Part shown: positions 17,992 to 30,820 of the stretch, one piece after another
Layout: each line of letters starts with the position of its first letter
How positions within the stretch are numbered: position 1 is the stretch's first letter
NCBI GenBank assembly: GCA_021154885.1
Contig: JAJKHS010000041.1
Coordinates: 66,441 to 130,440 of the forward strand
Length of the DNA stretch: 64,000 nt
Source of the DNA: Thermoanaerobaculum sp.
Lineage (GTDB): Bacteria > Acidobacteriota > Thermoanaerobaculia > Multivoradales > UBA5704
Direction of reading: 5' to 3'
Translations under genes and position numbers: made by a program
The notes under the pieces: model-generated
What the model saw: the letters and a program-made list of their open reading frames with translations, nothing else
Told to the model about the DNA's origin: nothing
Database searches by the model: none

Positions 17992-20274
17992 TCAGCGGCT
18001 GCCGCCCCCGCCCCGCGGTCCCCGATCGCCGCCGCCACCCCGTCCGCCCCGGAATCCGCCGCGGCCTCCGCGGTCGCCGCCCCGTCCGCCGCGATCGCCG
18101 CCACGGCCCCCGCGGTCGCCCTCGCTACGCTCGCCACCGCCGCCGGCCATGGCCATCTCCATGCCCTCGTACTGGGCAGGATCGTAGTCCGGCGCCTCCA
18201 TGATGACCGCCTTGCGCGACAGCCGGATCTTCCCCGTCTCGTCGATGTTGATCACCTTGACGGCCATCTCGTCGCCCTCCTTGACCACGTCCCCGACCTC
18301 GCGGACGCGGTAGGGGGCGAGCTCGCTGATGTGCACCAGGCCGTCCGTGCCCGGCATGATCTCGACGAAGGCGCCATACGCCTCGACCCGCCGCACCGTG
18401 CCGGTGTAGACCTTGCCGATCTCGGCCACCTCGGTCAGACGCTCCACCATCTGGATGGCACGCCTGGCCGCCGGCTCGTCCGGCGAGGCGATGATCACCT
18501 TGCCGTCGTCCTCGATCTCGATGTCGCAGCCCGTCTCCTCGATGATGGAGCGGATCGTCTTGCCACCGGGTCCGATGACGTCGCGGATCTTCTCCTTCGG
18601 GATCTGCAGGGTGTAGAGGCGTGGCGCAAACTTGGACATCTCGCCTCTCGGTGTGGGCAGGGCCCCCTCCATGATGCCGAGGATATGCATGCGGCCGGCC
18701 TTCGCCTGCTCCAGGGCCACCTTCATGATCTCGCGGGTGACGCCGGTGATCTTGATGTCCATCTGCAGCGCGGTGACCCCTTCGCGGGTGCCGGCGACCT
18801 TGAAGTCCATGTCGCCGTAATGGTCTTCCTGACCGGCGATGTCGGAGAGCACCGCGAACTTGTCGTCCTCCTTGATCAGGCCCATGGCGACGCCCGCCAC
18901 CGGCGCCAGCAGCGGCACGCCGGCGTCGAACATGGCGAGCGAGCCGCCGCAGATCGAGGCCATGGACGAGGAGCCGTTCGACTCCAGGATGTCCGAGACG
19001 ACGCGGATGGTGTACGGGAACTCGTCCTCGTGCGGCAGCACCGGCAGGAGGGCCCGCCGGGCCAGCACGCCGTGGCCGATCTCACGCCGGCCGGCGCTGC
19101 GCAGGAACTTCACCTCGCCCACGGAGAAGGGCGGGAAGTTGTAATGCAGCATGAACTTCTGCACGCTCTCGCCCTCGTACTCCTCGATCAACTGGGCATC
19201 CCGCTTGGTGCCCAGCGTGGCCGTGACCAGCGCCTGCGTCTCGCCCCGGGTGAACAGCGTCGAGCCGTGGGTACGGGGCAGCAGCCCGGCCTCGACCTCG
19301 ATCGGCCGGATCTCGTCGAGCCGCCGGCCGTCGAAGCGCGTGCGTTCGTTGAGCACCACCTCGCGGAGGATCTCCTCCTCGAGACGGGAGACGATCTTCT
19401 TGACCTGGCCCTTCCGGGCCGCCTCCGCCTCGGGGATCTGCTCGAGGTAGGGCTTGACCACGGCGCCCACCGCGGATTTGCGCTCGAACTTGCCCTTGGT
19501 GAAGAGGGCCGCCTTGAGAGGCGCGTAGAGGTCGCTCTTGACCTGCTCGTAGAGCGACTCGGGGTAGGCCTCGGGCGCCGTCCACGACGGCTTCTCGCGG
19601 TTGCCCTCGCGGAACAGCTCGTGTTGCGCCTTGATGATCTTCTGGATCTCCTGGTGGCCGCGCCAGATGCACTCCAGCAGCAGCTCCTCGGAGACCTGGT
19701 TGGCTCCGGCCTCCACCATCACCACCGCCTCCTCCGTGCCGACGACCACCAGGTCGAGGTCGGAGACGTCACGCAGGCTGTTGGCGGGGTTCATCACCAC
19801 CTCGCCGTCAATCAGTCCCACGCGCACCGCGCCCACTGGGTGGTAGAAGGGGATGTTGGAAAGCACCAGCGCTACCGAGGCGCCGTTGATGGCCAGGATG
19901 TCGGGGTCGTTCTCGCCGTCGGCCGACAGGCAGAAGGCGATGATCTGGGTATCGGCGATGTAGCCTTCGGGGAACAGCGGCCGTAAGGGGCGGTCGATCT
20001 GGCGGGAGGTGATGATCTCCTTCTCGGTGGGCCGGCCCTCGCGCTTGAAGAAGCCGCCCGGGATGCGCCCCGCGGCGTAGGTGTACTCGCGATAGTCGAC
20101 CGTCAGCGGCAGGAAGTCGCGCTCGACTCCCGGCTTGTACTCCATGCAGGCGGTGGCGAGCACGACCGTGTCGCCGAAGCGGATGGTGCAGGACCCGTTG
20201 GCCTGCTTGGCCAGGTGACCCGATTCGATGATCAGGGTCCCCGACCCGATGGCAATCTCTTTCCGTTGCTTCAT
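17992..20274 (-). CDS. pnp: Polyribonucleotide nucleotidyltransferase
   Basis: [34 protein letters not shown] and S1 domains. Confidence 0.98.
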   Translation of the reverse strand: MKQRKEIAIGSGTLIIESGHLAKQANGSCTIRFGDTVVLATACMEYKPGVERDFLPLTVDYREYTYAAGRIPGGFFKREGRPTEKEIITSRQIDRPLRPLFPEGYIADTQIIAFCLSADGENDPDILAINGASVALVLSNIPFYHPVGAVRVGLIDGEVVMNPANSLRDVSDLDLVVVGTEEAVVMVEAGANQVSEELLLECIWRGHQEIQKIIKAQHELFREGNREKPSWTAPEAYPESLYEQVKSDLYAPLKAALFTKGKFERKSAVGAVVKPYLEQIPEAEAARKGQVKKIVSRLEEEILREVVLNERTRFDGRRLDEIRPIEVEAGLLPRTHGSTLFTRGETQALVTATLGTKRDAQLIEEYEGESVQKFMLHYNFPPFSVGEVKFLRSAGRREIGHGVLARRALLPVLPHEDEFPYTIRVVSDILESNGSSSMASICGGSLAMFDAGVPLLAPVAGVAMGLIKEDDKFAVLSDIAGQEDHYGDMDFKVAGTREGVTALQMDIKITGVTREIMKVALEQAKAGRMHILGIMEGALPTPRGEMSKFAPRLYTLQIPKEKIRDVIGPGGKTIRSIIEETGCDIEIEDDGKVIIASPDEPAARRAIQMVERLTEVAEIGKVYTGTVRRVEAYGAFVEIMPGTDGLVHISELAPYRVREVGDVVKEGDEMAVKVINIDETGKIRLSRKAVIMEAPDYDPAQYEGMEMAMAGGGGERSEGDRGGRGGDRGGRGGDRGGRGGFRGGRGGGGDRGPRGGGGSR

Positions 20275-20459
20275 TGGGCTTGTCTTCTTTCTTTTTCGTT
20301 TTTTTCGCTTGTCTCTCGTCTGTTTACGCCTCTGGACCGGGCCCCGCGTCTGGGCCTCGCCGTTCCCGGGGGGGCCGGGGAGCGAGTGGTCCGGAGGATC
20401 GGACGGGTCCCGAGACCGCTCGGGTCTCGGGCCTGTCCTGCCGCGTCGGGCGGTGGGGG

Positions 20460-20729
20460 TTACTTGCGGAGCCCGAGGCGCTCGATGGTCGAGCGGTAGC
20501 GCTCGACGTCCTTCCCCTTCAGGTAGTCGAGCAGGCGGCGGCGGCGGCCGACCATCTTGAGCAGGCCGCGGCGGCTGTGGTGATCCTTGGTGTGGGTCTT
20601 GAAGTGCTCGGTCAGCTCGACGATGCGATGGGTCAGGATCGCGACCTGCACCTCGGGCGAGCCGGTGTCGCTCTCATGCGTCCGGTAGTCGTGGATGATC
20701 TTCTCTTTGACTTCGCTGGTTTGCGCCAA
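20460..20729 (-). CDS. rpsO: 30S ribosomal protein S15
   Basis: [19 protein letters not shown]; TTG start after GGAGGAG. Confidence 0.97.
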   Translation of the reverse strand: MAQTSEVKEKIIHDYRTHESDTGSPEVQVAILTHRIVELTEHFKTHTKDHHSRRGLLKMVGRRRRLLDYLKGKDVERYRSTIERLGLRK

Positions 20730-20764
20730 TGCAAACTCCTCCTTACATTTCTCTTCGCCTGCAC

Positions 20765-20773
20765 ATTGTAGCA
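20765..20773 (-). promoter_or_regulatory. Extended -10 promoter of rpsO
   Basis: TGCTACAAT upstream of the rpsO leader. Confidence 0.55.
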
Positions 20774-20812
20774 CAAAGGGCGGTGCGGCGGCGGTTTGGG
20801 ATGCTCAGAACC

Positions 20813-21736
20813 TCAACGAAAGACGACTTTTGGCTGGACGATGCCGACGCCGGCGGAACCGATCCTCTCCACCACGGTGCCGACGGCGATGAATTCCCGC
20901 CGCCGGTTGACCAGCTTCACCCAGTCTCCCTCCTCGCCCGCCAGCTCCCGCACCAGCACGGTCTGGCCGTGGTGGATGCGGTGCTCCTGCTGCGGGTCGG
21001 CTGTCACCTCGCCGAAGGGGAGGGGGATCTGGTCGAACGGGATCCAGGCCGGCCCCACCGGCTCGCCCGCCTGGGTCCGGGCCTCGAGCCGGGCGACGGT
21101 CACCGCGTCGTCGGCCCGGAAGTTGCCGATCCGGGTGCGGCGCAGGTCGGCGAGGTGGGCGCCAAGCCCAAGGGCGGCGCCCAGGTCGTGGGCCAGGCCG
21201 CGGGCGTAGGTCCCGGACGAGCAGGCGAGTTGGAAGCGCAGGCGGCCGTCCTCGATCTCCCCCAGCGGGGTAAACTCGTAGACTGTGACCTCCTTGGGCT
21301 CGTCCGGCACCTCCTCGCCGCGGCGGGCCAGCTCGTAGAACTTGACCCCCTGGACCTTCTTGGCCGAGTACGGCGGCGGCTGCTGCTGGATCTCCCCCTC
21401 GAAGCCGTGCATGGCCGTGGCGACCTGCTCGCGGGTGAGCGCCGCCACGGCCTCGGGGGATGCTTCGGCGACCACCCGCCCGGAGGCGTCGTAGGTGTCG
21501 GTGGCGAGGCCGAAGCGGATCGTCCCCTCGTAGACCTTGGGGGCGCGGATGAGGAAGCGGGTCAGCCGCGTGGCCGTGCCCAGGGTCAGCAGCAGCAGGC
21601 CCGTGGCGTCCGGATCCAGGGTGCCGCAGTGACCGATCCGCTTCTGCCGCAGGATCCGGCGCACCCTCTGCACCACGTCGTGGGAAGTGAAGCCGGGGTC
21701 CTTTTCGACCAGCAACAAGCCATCCTTCATCTCCAT
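20813..21736 (-). CDS. truB: tRNA pseudouridine(55) synthase
   Basis: TSHDVV, GHCGTLDP, PPPYSAKK, SSGTYAR. Confidence 0.96.
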   Translation of the reverse strand: MEMKDGLLLVEKDPGFTSHDVVQRVRRILRQKRIGHCGTLDPDATGLLLLTLGTATRLTRFLIRAPKVYEGTIRFGLATDTYDASGRVVAEASPEAVAALTREQVATAMHGFEGEIQQQPPPYSAKKVQGVKFYELARRGEEVPDEPKEVTVYEFTPLGEIEDGRLRFQLACSSGTYARGLAHDLGAALGLGAHLADLRRTRIGNFRADDAVTVARLEARTQAGEPVGPAWIPFDQIPLPFGEVTADPQQEHRIHHGQTVLVRELAGEEGDWVKLVNRRREFIAVGTVVERIGSAGVGIVQPKVVFR

Positions 21737-21740
21737 AGGG

Positions 21741-22748
21741 TCAGCTCAGCGCGGCCCCCAGCTCGGCCGCCACCTGCTGGCGGATGGCCTCGCCGTCGCT
21801 CCCGGTATTCCCGGCGGTATTCCCGGCGGCGGCGGTCCCATCGAGGCTGTAGCCGGCGGCGTTGCGATGGCCGCCGCCGCCATGATGGCGGGCGATCTTC
21901 TCCACGTCCACCTCGCCGCGGCTGCGCAGCGAGACCTTCTGCGTGCCATCCTCCCGCTCGCGGATGAGCGCCACGGCCTCCACGCCGGCGATGGAGCGGA
22001 GGTGGTCGATGAGCCCCTCGGAGTCCCCCGGCGCCGCCCCAGCCTTCTGGAACATGGCGAGGGTCAGCCGGCCGGTGGCCACCCGCCCCCCCTCGTGGAG
22101 CTGGAGCGTCTGCAGCATCTCGCCCAGCAGGCGCACCACCCCCAGCGGCTGGCTCTCGTAGAGCCACTGCGACACCTGCTCGGGGTGCGCCCCATCCCGC
22201 ACCAGGGCCGCCGCCGCCTCGAAGGCCGCCGGCGTGGCGTTGGAGAAGCGGAAGCCGCCGGTGTCGGTGACCAGGGTGAGATAGAGGCAGCTCGCCAGCT
22301 CGGGCTCCAGCGCCGCCTTGAGCCCCTGGGCCAGTCGGTAGACCATCTCGCCCACGGCCGGGGCCGCGGAATCGACCCAGTTCACCGTGCCGTAGCACTG
22401 GTTGCCGAGATGGTGGTCGATGTTGATCACCGGCCGCTCGGCGAGGTGCTTCTCGAGCCCCGTGCGATCCGGGCTCGGGCACTCCAGCACGATGATGGCG
22501 TCGAACTTCTCGGGGAAGCCGGCTGGCGGCTCCTCCCCGACGTGGATGCGGTCGCTGCCGGGCAGCGGCTTGTAGACCGTGGGGGTGGGATCGTGGTTCC
22601 ACACCACGGCCCCCTTGCCCAGGCCGCGCAACAGGCGCGCCAGACCCAGCTCGGAGCCGATGGCGTCGCCGTCCGGGTTGGCGTGGCTGGTCAGCAGGAA
22701 ACGGTTGCCCTGGCGGATCTTCCGCAACAGGTCTTCAGGAGCTTTCAT
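21741..22748 (-). CDS. nrnA: DHH-family oligoribonuclease/PAP phosphatase
   Basis: HANPDGD, IDHH, TDTG, GGGGH. Confidence 0.92.
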   Translation of the reverse strand: MKAPEDLLRKIRQGNRFLLTSHANPDGDAIGSELGLARLLRGLGKGAVVWNHDPTPTVYKPLPGSDRIHVGEEPPAGFPEKFDAIIVLECPSPDRTGLEKHLAERPVINIDHHLGNQCYGTVNWVDSAAPAVGEMVYRLAQGLKAALEPELASCLYLTLVTDTGGFRFSNATPAAFEAAAALVRDGAHPEQVSQWLYESQPLGVVRLLGEMLQTLQLHEGGRVATGRLTLAMFQKAGAAPGDSEGLIDHLRSIAGVEAVALIREREDGTQKVSLRSRGEVDVEKIARHHGGGGHRNAAGYSLDGTAAAGNTAGNTGSDGEAIRQQVAAELGAALS

Positions 22749-23088
22749 CCCGCCCATGGAGGCTCTCCAAGAGATCTGAGATCTTTTGACTTTGCTCGGC
22801 GCCTCGGTCGAGCTCGAAGACGAGCTCCGGGGTCACCCGCAACTTGAGCCGGCGAGCCAGCTCCGTGCGCAGGAACCCCCGAGCGTGGCGGAGACCTTCG
22901 ACGGTCTCCAGCCGCTGTTTGTCATCCCCCAGGACCGAGACCTTGACGATGGCCCGTTTCAGGTCCGGGGTCACATCCACTTGGGTGACCGAGGCCAGCT
23001 TCACCCGCGGGTCATGCACCGCCCGGAGCATCAGGTCCGACAGCTCGGCGCGCAGCAGGTCGCCGACGCGGTCGCTGCGCCGGCTCAT
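22735..23088 (-). CDS. rbfA: Ribosome-binding factor A
   Basis: DPRV...VT.V.VTPDL, LRVTPEL.F. Confidence 0.95.
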   Translation of the reverse strand: MSRRSDRVGDLLRAELSDLMLRAVHDPRVKLASVTQVDVTPDLKRAIVKVSVLGDDKQRLETVEGLRHARGFLRTELARRLKLRVTPELVFELDRGAEQSQKISDLLESLHGRDESS

Positions 23089-23381
23089 GATGCCCCCTCC
23101 AGGAGCTGCGGGTCCCAGCGGGTCAGGTAGACCTCCGGATCGCTCTCCACCTGGTTTCTCACCTCTTCCATCAGACGATCCATCTCGCTTTCGCCGCCCG
23201 CGGTCACCGCCGCCAGCGCGATCTCCGCCCGCTGGTGGAGATCGTGGAAATCGGTCTCCGCGATGGAGACCCGGTAGCGCTGATGCAACCGTTCAATCAG
23301 CGACTTGACGACCCGCCGCTTGTCCTTGAGGCTGCGGCTGGTGGGGAGGTGCAGCTCGAAAACCGAAATCCCGACGATCAT
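23085..23381 (-). CDS. DUF503 (YlxP) family protein
   Basis: SLKDKRRVVKSL..VSIAE..HDLHQRA; typical position between infB and rbfA. Confidence 0.9.
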   Translation of the reverse strand: MIVGISVFELHLPTSRSLKDKRRVVKSLIERLHQRYRVSIAETDFHDLHQRAEIALAAVTAGGESEMDRLMEEVRNQVESDPEVYLTRWDPQLLEGAS

Positions 23382-23405
23382 GGCTCTTTTGCGCGCTCGC
23401 TTGGC

Positions 23406-23458
23406 GTAGGGTGCGCTCCGCGCACCGGGGGTGATGCCCCGCGGTGCGCGCACCCTGC
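23406..23458. repeat. GTAG-type REP-like inverted pair
   Basis: GTAGGGTGCGCTCCGCGCACC ... GGTGCGCGCACCCTGC. Confidence 0.6.
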
Positions 23459-23467
23459 GCTCCTGTT

Positions 23468-26272
23468 CTACAGGACGGGCGCCACCTCTTCGCTGGTGAA
23501 AGCCTCGATGAAGTCGCCGGGCTTGACGTCCTGGAACCGCTCCAGCCCGATGCCGCAATCGAAGCCGGTCCGCACCTCGGAGACGTCGTCCTTGAACCGC
23601 CGCAGCGAGGAGATCTTCCCCTCGTAGATCACCCGGTTGTCGCGCACCAGCCGCACCGCCGCGGTGCGCGGGATGACCCCCTCGACCACGTGGCAGCCGG
23701 CCACCGTCCCGACCTTCGGCACCTTGAACGTGTCCCGCACCTCGGCACGGCCGGCGGCCACCTCGCGGAACGTCGGCTCGAGCAGGCCGGTCATGGCCTT
23801 GCGCAGCTCGTCGATCAGCTCGTAGATCACCGTGTGGAGACGGATCTCCACCTCCTCCTTCTCGGCCAGCTCCACGGCGGTGCGCTCGGGGCGGACGTTG
23901 AAGCCGATGATCACCGCCTTCGACGCCGAGGCCAGCAGCACGTCGTTGGTGGAGATGGCGCCGACGCCCGAGTGGAGCACCGAGACCTTCACCTTGTCCG
24001 TGCTGGCCTTGCCGAGGGCCTCCTTGAGCACCTCCACGGATCCCTGCACGTCCGCCTTGAGGATGACCGGCAGCTCCTTGACCTCGCCCTCCTGGATGCG
24101 GTTGAAGAGCTGGTCGAGCGACATCCGCCCCTGGGTGGGGGCGAGGCCGCGCCGGCGCTGCTCCTGGGCGCGGAACTCGGCGATGCCCCTGGCCTTGGAC
24201 TCATCCTCCACCACCTGCAGGATGTCGCCGGCGTCCGGCACGTCGGAGAAGCCGGTGACCTCCACGGGGGTGGAGGGGCCGGCCTCCTGCGAGCGGTGGC
24301 CGAGGTCGTCGCTCATCGAGCGCACGCGCCCCCAGGTGGCGCCGGAAACGAACACGTCACCCACCTTGAGGGTGCCGTTCTGCACCAGCACGGTGGCCAC
24401 GATGCCGCGTCCCACCTCCTTGCGGGCTTCGAGCACGGCGCCCTGGGCGGAGATCTCCGGGCTCGCCTTGAGCTCGAGGATGTCGGCGGTGAGCAGGATC
24501 ATGTCCAGCAGCTCGGTGATGCCCTGCTTCTTGAGCGCCGAGATCGGTACCATGACGGTGTCGCCGCCCCAGTCCTCGGCCATCAGCCCGCGGTCGGCCA
24601 GCTCCTTCTTCACCCGGTCGAGGTTGGCATTGGGCTTGTCGATCTTGTTGATCGCCACCACGATGGGCACCTTGGCCGCGCGTGCGTGGTCGATGGCCTC
24701 GACGGTCTGCGGCATGACGCCGTCGTCCGCTCCAACCACCAGCACCACGATGTCCGTCACCTTGGCGCCGCGGGCGCGCATCAGGGTGAAGGCCTCGTGG
24801 CCCGGAGTGTCGAGGAAGACGATGGAGCGGCCGTTGACCTCGACGTGATAGGCGCCGATGTGCTGGGTGATGCCGCCGAACTCGGACTCCGTGACCTTCG
24901 ATTTCCGGATGGCGTCGAGCAGCGACGTCTTGCCGTGGTCGACGTGGCCCATGATGGTGACCACCGGCCCACGCGACGTCTTGCTCTCCGGCTGCTCGCC
25001 GCCGCCGGCCGTCGACGACTGCTCCTCGCGGAGCTGCACCTCCTCCTCGAAGGAGACGACCATGGCTTCGACCCCCAGGTCGCGGGCCACCTGGAGCGCG
25101 AGCTCGGGGTCCAGCACCTGGTTGATGTTGGCCATGATGCCCCGCTTGAACAGGGCGTTGATGAGGTCGCGCACGCGCACGCCGAGCTTCTCGGCGAACT
25201 CGCGCAAGGTCATGCCCTCGCTGATCATTACGGCGCCCGTGGGTTTCTCCTTCTTGAAGGTGAGGAGCTTGCCGCCCGCGTTCTCCTCGTCCTCCTTGCG
25301 CAGGACGCGGCGGCGGCGGCGGCCGGTGATCGGACCCCCCTCTTCCACCTCGAGGTCCTCCAGGCTGCCCTTGAAGCCGGTGAGGTCCTCCTCGCGCCCG
25401 CCCGCCTTCTTGGGCCCCTTGCCCTTCTTCTTCTTGTCGCGATCGATCTGCTCCTGCAGCCGCTCGGCGGCGCGCCGCTTCTGCTCCTCGGTGGCCATGC
25501 CGGTCGAGGTGCCGGAGCCGGCGGGGCGCTGCATGGGCGGCCGGGTGGGGCCGGGGCCGCCCTGGCCGTCGCGTCGCGGCGGTGGACCGGACGGCCGCTG
25601 ACCCGGGACGTCGCGGCGCGGCGGCGGACCATCGCGGCGCTGCTGCGGCGGCCCGGACGGGGCGTCGCGTCGCGGCGGCGGCTGGCGCTGCTGGGATGTC
25701 TGGGATGTTTGGGATGACTGGGACGATTGGACGGAGGACGGCGGGGGAGGAGCGACCTCGACCACCCGCGGCGGCGCCTCGATGACCTGGGCGGACGTCA
25801 CTCCGGCGGCTCCGGCGCCCATCACCGCCGCCTCCTGCTGGAGCGGCTCGGCCTGGGACGCCACGGCGGCCTCGGTCATCGCCTGCATGGCCGGCATCGA
25901 CTGCAAGCCGCCGGGCAGGACGGCCGGGCGCTCGGACATCGGCAGGTTCTGGATGCGTGGCTCCACCTTCTGGATCAGGGTCCGCGGGCGCTGGGGGCGC
26001 AACGGATTGGGGGCCGGGCGGCGCGCCGACGGCGGCGGCGGCGCCGTGGTGGCGCGCCGGCGGGCGGCGTCAGGGGGCGCCGTCTCGTCCCGCAGGATGA
26101 CCTCCCGCGGGTGCGGCAGCTTCTTGCCCTGGAGGATCGCCGTGATGATGTCGGAGTCGATGTGCGCGTCATCCCCCTCGACCCGCACGCCGATGGACTT
26201 CAGCTTGAAGACGAGGTCCTGGTTGGAGATCGCCATCATCTTCGCGAGGTCCTGGACTCGAATCTTTCCCAT
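23468..26272 (-). CDS. infB: Translation initiation factor IF-2
   Basis: [20 protein letters not shown]. Confidence 0.98.
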   Translation of the reverse strand: MGKIRVQDLAKMMAISNQDLVFKLKSIGVRVEGDDAHIDSDIITAILQGKKLPHPREVILRDETAPPDAARRRATTAPPPPSARRPAPNPLRPQRPRTLIQKVEPRIQNLPMSERPAVLPGGLQSMPAMQAMTEAAVASQAEPLQQEAAVMGAGAAGVTSAQVIEAPPRVVEVAPPPPSSVQSSQSSQTSQTSQQRQPPPRRDAPSGPPQQRRDGPPPRRDVPGQRPSGPPPRRDGQGGPGPTRPPMQRPAGSGTSTGMATEEQKRRAAERLQEQIDRDKKKKGKGPKKAGGREEDLTGFKGSLEDLEVEEGGPITGRRRRRVLRKEDEENAGGKLLTFKKEKPTGAVMISEGMTLREFAEKLGVRVRDLINALFKRGIMANINQVLDPELALQVARDLGVEAMVVSFEEEVQLREEQSSTAGGGEQPESKTSRGPVVTIMGHVDHGKTSLLDAIRKSKVTESEFGGITQHIGAYHVEVNGRSIVFLDTPGHEAFTLMRARGAKVTDIVVLVVGADDGVMPQTVEAIDHARAAKVPIVVAINKIDKPNANLDRVKKELADRGLMAEDWGGDTVMVPISALKKQGITELLDMILLTADILELKASPEISAQGAVLEARKEVGRGIVATVLVQNGTLKVGDVFVSGATWGRVRSMSDDLGHRSQEAGPSTPVEVTGFSDVPDAGDILQVVEDESKARGIAEFRAQEQRRRGLAPTQGRMSLDQLFNRIQEGEVKELPVILKADVQGSVEVLKEALGKASTDKVKVSVLHSGVGAISTNDVLLASASKAVIIGFNVRPERTAVELAEKEEVEIRLHTVIYELIDELRKAMTGLLEPTFREVAAGRAEVRDTFKVPKVGTVAGCHVVEGVIPRTAAVRLVRDNRVIYEGKISSLRRFKDDVSEVRTGFDCGIGLERFQDVKPGDFIEAFTSEEVAPVL

Positions 26273-26335
26273 ATCTTCTTGAGCTCCTGTGATTGCCCGG
26301 TACCCGCCCCAACCGGGGCGCTCCCCCTCGCTGGA

Positions 26336-27886
<1,551 letters not shown>

Positions 27887-27915
27887 GGTTCTCTTTTCCT
27901 ATCTCGGTTGCAGCG

Positions 27916-28422
27916 CTAAAGCTCGATCTCCAGCCGAGCCAGCTTGACGTTCTTGAGGGGGATCGCCTGCGTCTCGCCGCTGCGGTCGTCCTTGAGGACG
28001 ACCTCGGCCTCCTCGGCGCCGGCGGTTTCGCCGCCGGCCACCCCTGCCGGCCGGCGCAGCCCTGCGAGGCGCGCCACGACCGTCTTCTTCTTGCCCGTCT
28101 CCGGGTCCTGCATCGTCACCCGCGCCAGACGGCCGGCGAAGCGGTCGTAGTCCTGCGGCCGGTAGAGCTGTCGGTCGAGCCCTGGGGAGGAGACTTCCAG
28201 GACGTAGCGACCGGCCCCGAAGTCCAGCACGTCCAGCAGGGCCGAGGCCTGCCTGGAGACGTGCTCGCAGTCCGCCAGGGTGACCCCGCCCTCCGGCTTG
28301 TCGAGGATCAGACGCATGACGCCACCCTTGAGCTCGACGGCAAGCAGCTCGCAGCCGGAAGCCGCCGCAACGGATTCGAGCTCCGGAATGACCTCGGCGA
28401 GACGGCTGGGTGCGGCGGACAT
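27916..28422 (-). CDS. rimP: Ribosome maturation factor RimP
   Basis: VTLADC..VSR, YVLEVSSPGLDR. Confidence 0.95.
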   Translation of the reverse strand: MSAAPSRLAEVIPELESVAAASGCELLAVELKGGVMRLILDKPEGGVTLADCEHVSRQASALLDVLDFGAGRYVLEVSSPGLDRQLYRPQDYDRFAGRLARVTMQDPETGKKKTVVARLAGLRRPAGVAGGETAGAEEAEVVLKDDRSGETQAIPLKNVKLARLEIEL

Positions 28423-28464
28423 TTTCCGATCGCGTTCTCCTCTTGATGGCGCGGTTTGCCCAAC

Positions 28465-28492
28465 AAAAAAAGTGGGCGGGTGGCCCACTTCT
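28465..28492 (-). promoter_or_regulatory. rimP leader hairpin/attenuator
   Basis: AAGTGGG-CCACCCG-CCCACTT followed by a U run, in the 5' leader. Confidence 0.7.
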
Positions 28493-28530
28493 TACCGACC
28501 GGTGACCGGTCAGGGCAAGCTGGCCTACCC

Positions 28531-28559
28531 ATTATAAGGAATGGACGTGCCCCTGGCAA
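28531..28559 (-). promoter_or_regulatory. sigma70 promoter of the rimP-nusA-infB operon
   Basis: TTGCCA-N17-TATAAT. Confidence 0.8.
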
Positions 28560-28714
28560 GTTGCGACGGAGCAGAGCCTGACCTGCCCGGCCGGTCCGGG
28601 CGAAAGGTCCGGGAGAGCTGCGGCGAACCGCGCCCGGGGAGGATAACATGGCCGCCGGGGGATTTGTTCCTGGAACCGCTTGGGCGCCGCTCTTGCATCC
28701 CCCCTGAAATTCCT

Positions 28715-29911
28715 ATGGAACCCCACCCCGTTCCTCGCGAGACCGCTCCGTCCCCACGGGCCGGCGGCGACTTGGCGCGCCAGCCGGGGTGGCGCAGCGC
28801 CGACGTACTCCGCGCCGCCGCGCTCGTCCTGGGCCTCTATCTGGTCCTGCAACTGCTGTGGCTCGCTCACGACCTGCTCCTGATCGCCTTCCTCGGCGTG
28901 CTCTTCGGGCTCGCCGTGGGCCGTGGGACGGAGGTGCTCCAGCGACGCCTGCGGGTGCCCCGGGGGCTGGGGGCGGTGCTCATCGTGTTCGCGTTCGTGG
29001 GCGGGCTGGTGGGGCTCGGGGCCTGGACCGCGCCCGTGCTGCGGGCCCAGTTCGGCGAACTGCGGCAGAAGCTCCCCGTGGCCGTGGGCCGGGCGGAGGA
29101 CTGGCTCGACCTCCATCGCGGCGGCTTTCTGGGGCAGCTCGTGCCGGCCCGGCCCGGGACGCCGCCGGCTCCCCTCCCGGCCGGGCCGGACGGCGAGCCG
29201 CAGGCCGGTCCGCCGGCGCCCGGCTCCGGCGGCTCTCTCGCCGAGCTGCCGAAGACGCTCTCCGGCCAACTCGGAGCGCTCTCCCACTACCTCTTCTCGT
29301 TCCTGTCGTCGACCGTGGCGATGCTGGCGGGGCTGGTCCTGGTCCTTTTCCTGGCGATCTATATCGGGGCCGATCCGGACCTCTACTTCCGGGGCATCCT
29401 CCATCTCGTGCCCCATCCCGCCCGGCCGCGGGCCCGCGAGGTGCTCACGGCCATTTCGGTCACCCTGGGCCGCTGGCTCCAGGCGCAGCTCGTGGCCATG
29501 GCCGTCATGGCGGTGGTGATCTCGATCGTCCTCTCCCTTCTCGGGGTCAAGGCGGCCCTGTCGCTGGGCCTCATCGCCGGGCTGCTGGAGTTCATTCCCA
29601 TCGCCGGCCCCTTCCTCTCCGCGGTGCCGGCGGTGGCCATGGGCTTCCTCGACTCGCCCCACACGGCGCTCTTCGTGGCCCTGGCCTGGATCGCCATCCA
29701 GCAGATGGAGAACCACGTCCTCATCCCCATCCTCATGCGCCAGGGGCTGGACCTGCCGCCGGTGGTCACCCTGCTGGGGCTCGCCCTGATGGGAATCGTC
29801 TTCGGCTTTCTCGGCATGCTGGTGGCCGTGCCCCTCCTCGCCGCCGTGATGGTCGCCGTCAAGCTCCTCTACGTCCGCGACGTGGTTGGCGACGAGGTGG
29901 CGGGCGACTAG
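28715..29911 (+). CDS. AI-2E family transporter
   Basis: Multiple TM segments, FIP..GP, QQMEN...P motifs. Confidence 0.9.
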   Translation: MEPHPVPRETAPSPRAGGDLARQPGWRSADVLRAAALVLGLYLVLQLLWLAHDLLLIAFLGVLFGLAVGRGTEVLQRRLRVPRGLGAVLIVFAFVGGLVGLGAWTAPVLRAQFGELRQKLPVAVGRAEDWLDLHRGGFLGQLVPARPGTPPAPLPAGPDGEPQAGPPAPGSGGSLAELPKTLSGQLGALSHYLFSFLSSTVAMLAGLVLVLFLAIYIGADPDLYFRGILHLVPHPARPRAREVLTAISVTLGRWLQAQLVAMAVMAVVISIVLSLLGVKAALSLGLIAGLLEFIPIAGPFLSAVPAVAMGFLDSPHTALFVALAWIAIQQMENHVLIPILMRQGLDLPPVVTLLGLALMGIVFGFLGMLVAVPLLAAVMVAVKLLYVRDVVGDEVAGD

Positions 29912-29930
29912 TTCCAGGAGCCCGCGCGGC

Positions 29931-30590
29931 TCAGGCGTGCTTGGCTACCCAATCCGCTGCACAGTTCAAGTATTCCGGTATCGGCATCCTGGCAATGTCC
30001 TCCCTGACGTCGTTCTCTGGAATGCCTTCCGCGAGTCTCGCCTCGAAAAGACTGGTCGTGAAGTCGTTGAACAGGAACCAGATGACCTTGGGGTAGGGAG
30101 CCTCCCGCAGGCCCACCGTTTCGTAAAACCAGTCGCGGACAGCGCGCACGACTTCTTCAGGCTTATTGCGATGGCTTTTGATGTCAACCCCGGACATGTC
30201 GGACAGGGCCGCTTTGAAATCGTACGCCTCCTTCTCCAGAATCAGACACTTCTTGCTTCTCATGAATTCTGGTCCATGCTGGCGCGATCCATAGTCGATA
30301 CCAAGCTCGAACGGCATGTTCATGCGGTAGAGCTCGCGGGCTCGCGCAGCTTTCAGGCGCGAAAGGTCGTGTATGCTGAATTTGGACTGCCGGATCAGCT
30401 CGCAGATCTTGTCGAGCCGGTTCTCTCCGGAATCCGACCGCTCGGAGGCAATTCTGGGACGATAACCCAGGTATACGATAGTAAAAAGGAGGGGACGGAG
30501 AAGGGCCAGGTACTTGTCGTCAAACGGGCAGTTGACGAAGACGTTCAATTCATAGCCATCGATCGCGCCAGCAAGCTCGGCGCTGTTCAC
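29931..30590 (-). CDS. Stand-alone TIR/nucleoside-deoxyribosyltransferase-like protein
   Basis: VFVNCPFD, IHDLS, NMPFELG. Confidence 0.6.
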   Translation of the reverse strand: MNSAELAGAIDGYELNVFVNCPFDDKYLALLRPLLFTIVYLGYRPRIASERSDSGENRLDKICELIRQSKFSIHDLSRLKAARARELYRMNMPFELGIDYGSRQHGPEFMRSKKCLILEKEAYDFKAALSDMSGVDIKSHRNKPEEVVRAVRDWFYETVGLREAPYPKVIWFLFNDFTTSLFEARLAEGIPENDVREDIARMPIPEYLNCAADWVAKHA

Positions 30591-30820
30591 CTTTCATCTT
30601 TCGGAGGGTTGGGGTCGCTCCCGTAGGAGTCCTTGCTACGGATCATCCCGTCGCGCCCATGCACATAGAGCTCAGAGCCTTGATTCTTACTGATCTTACG
30701 CCCGTAGGTAACAGCTTCCCTCTGGGTCTCGAATCGCCGGGTGGCGTGGGTGGAGCCCCCTTTCTTCACGCTCCACCCCCCATCGGGATGAGGAACGACG
30801 TGCTGTGAGTTCTTGGACAT
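30587..30820 (-). CDS. DUF2188 family protein
   Basis: HVVP..GGW.VK..G, TQREA, H.RDG.I..KDSYG.DP.PP; SD AAGGAG. Confidence 0.88.
   Translation of the reverse strand: MSKNSQHVVPHPDGGWSVKKGGSTHATRRFETQREAVTYGRKISKNQGSELYVHGRDGMIRSKDSYGSDPNPPKDER

Noticed and set aside
20330-20455. Structured ncRNA between rpsO and pnp
   Set aside because: GC-rich hairpins fit the usual pnp leader or processing stems; no family can be supported.
21803-21830. 12-bp duplication (AGNT x2) near the nrnA 3' end
   Set aside because: Small in-frame loop insertion with no further signal.
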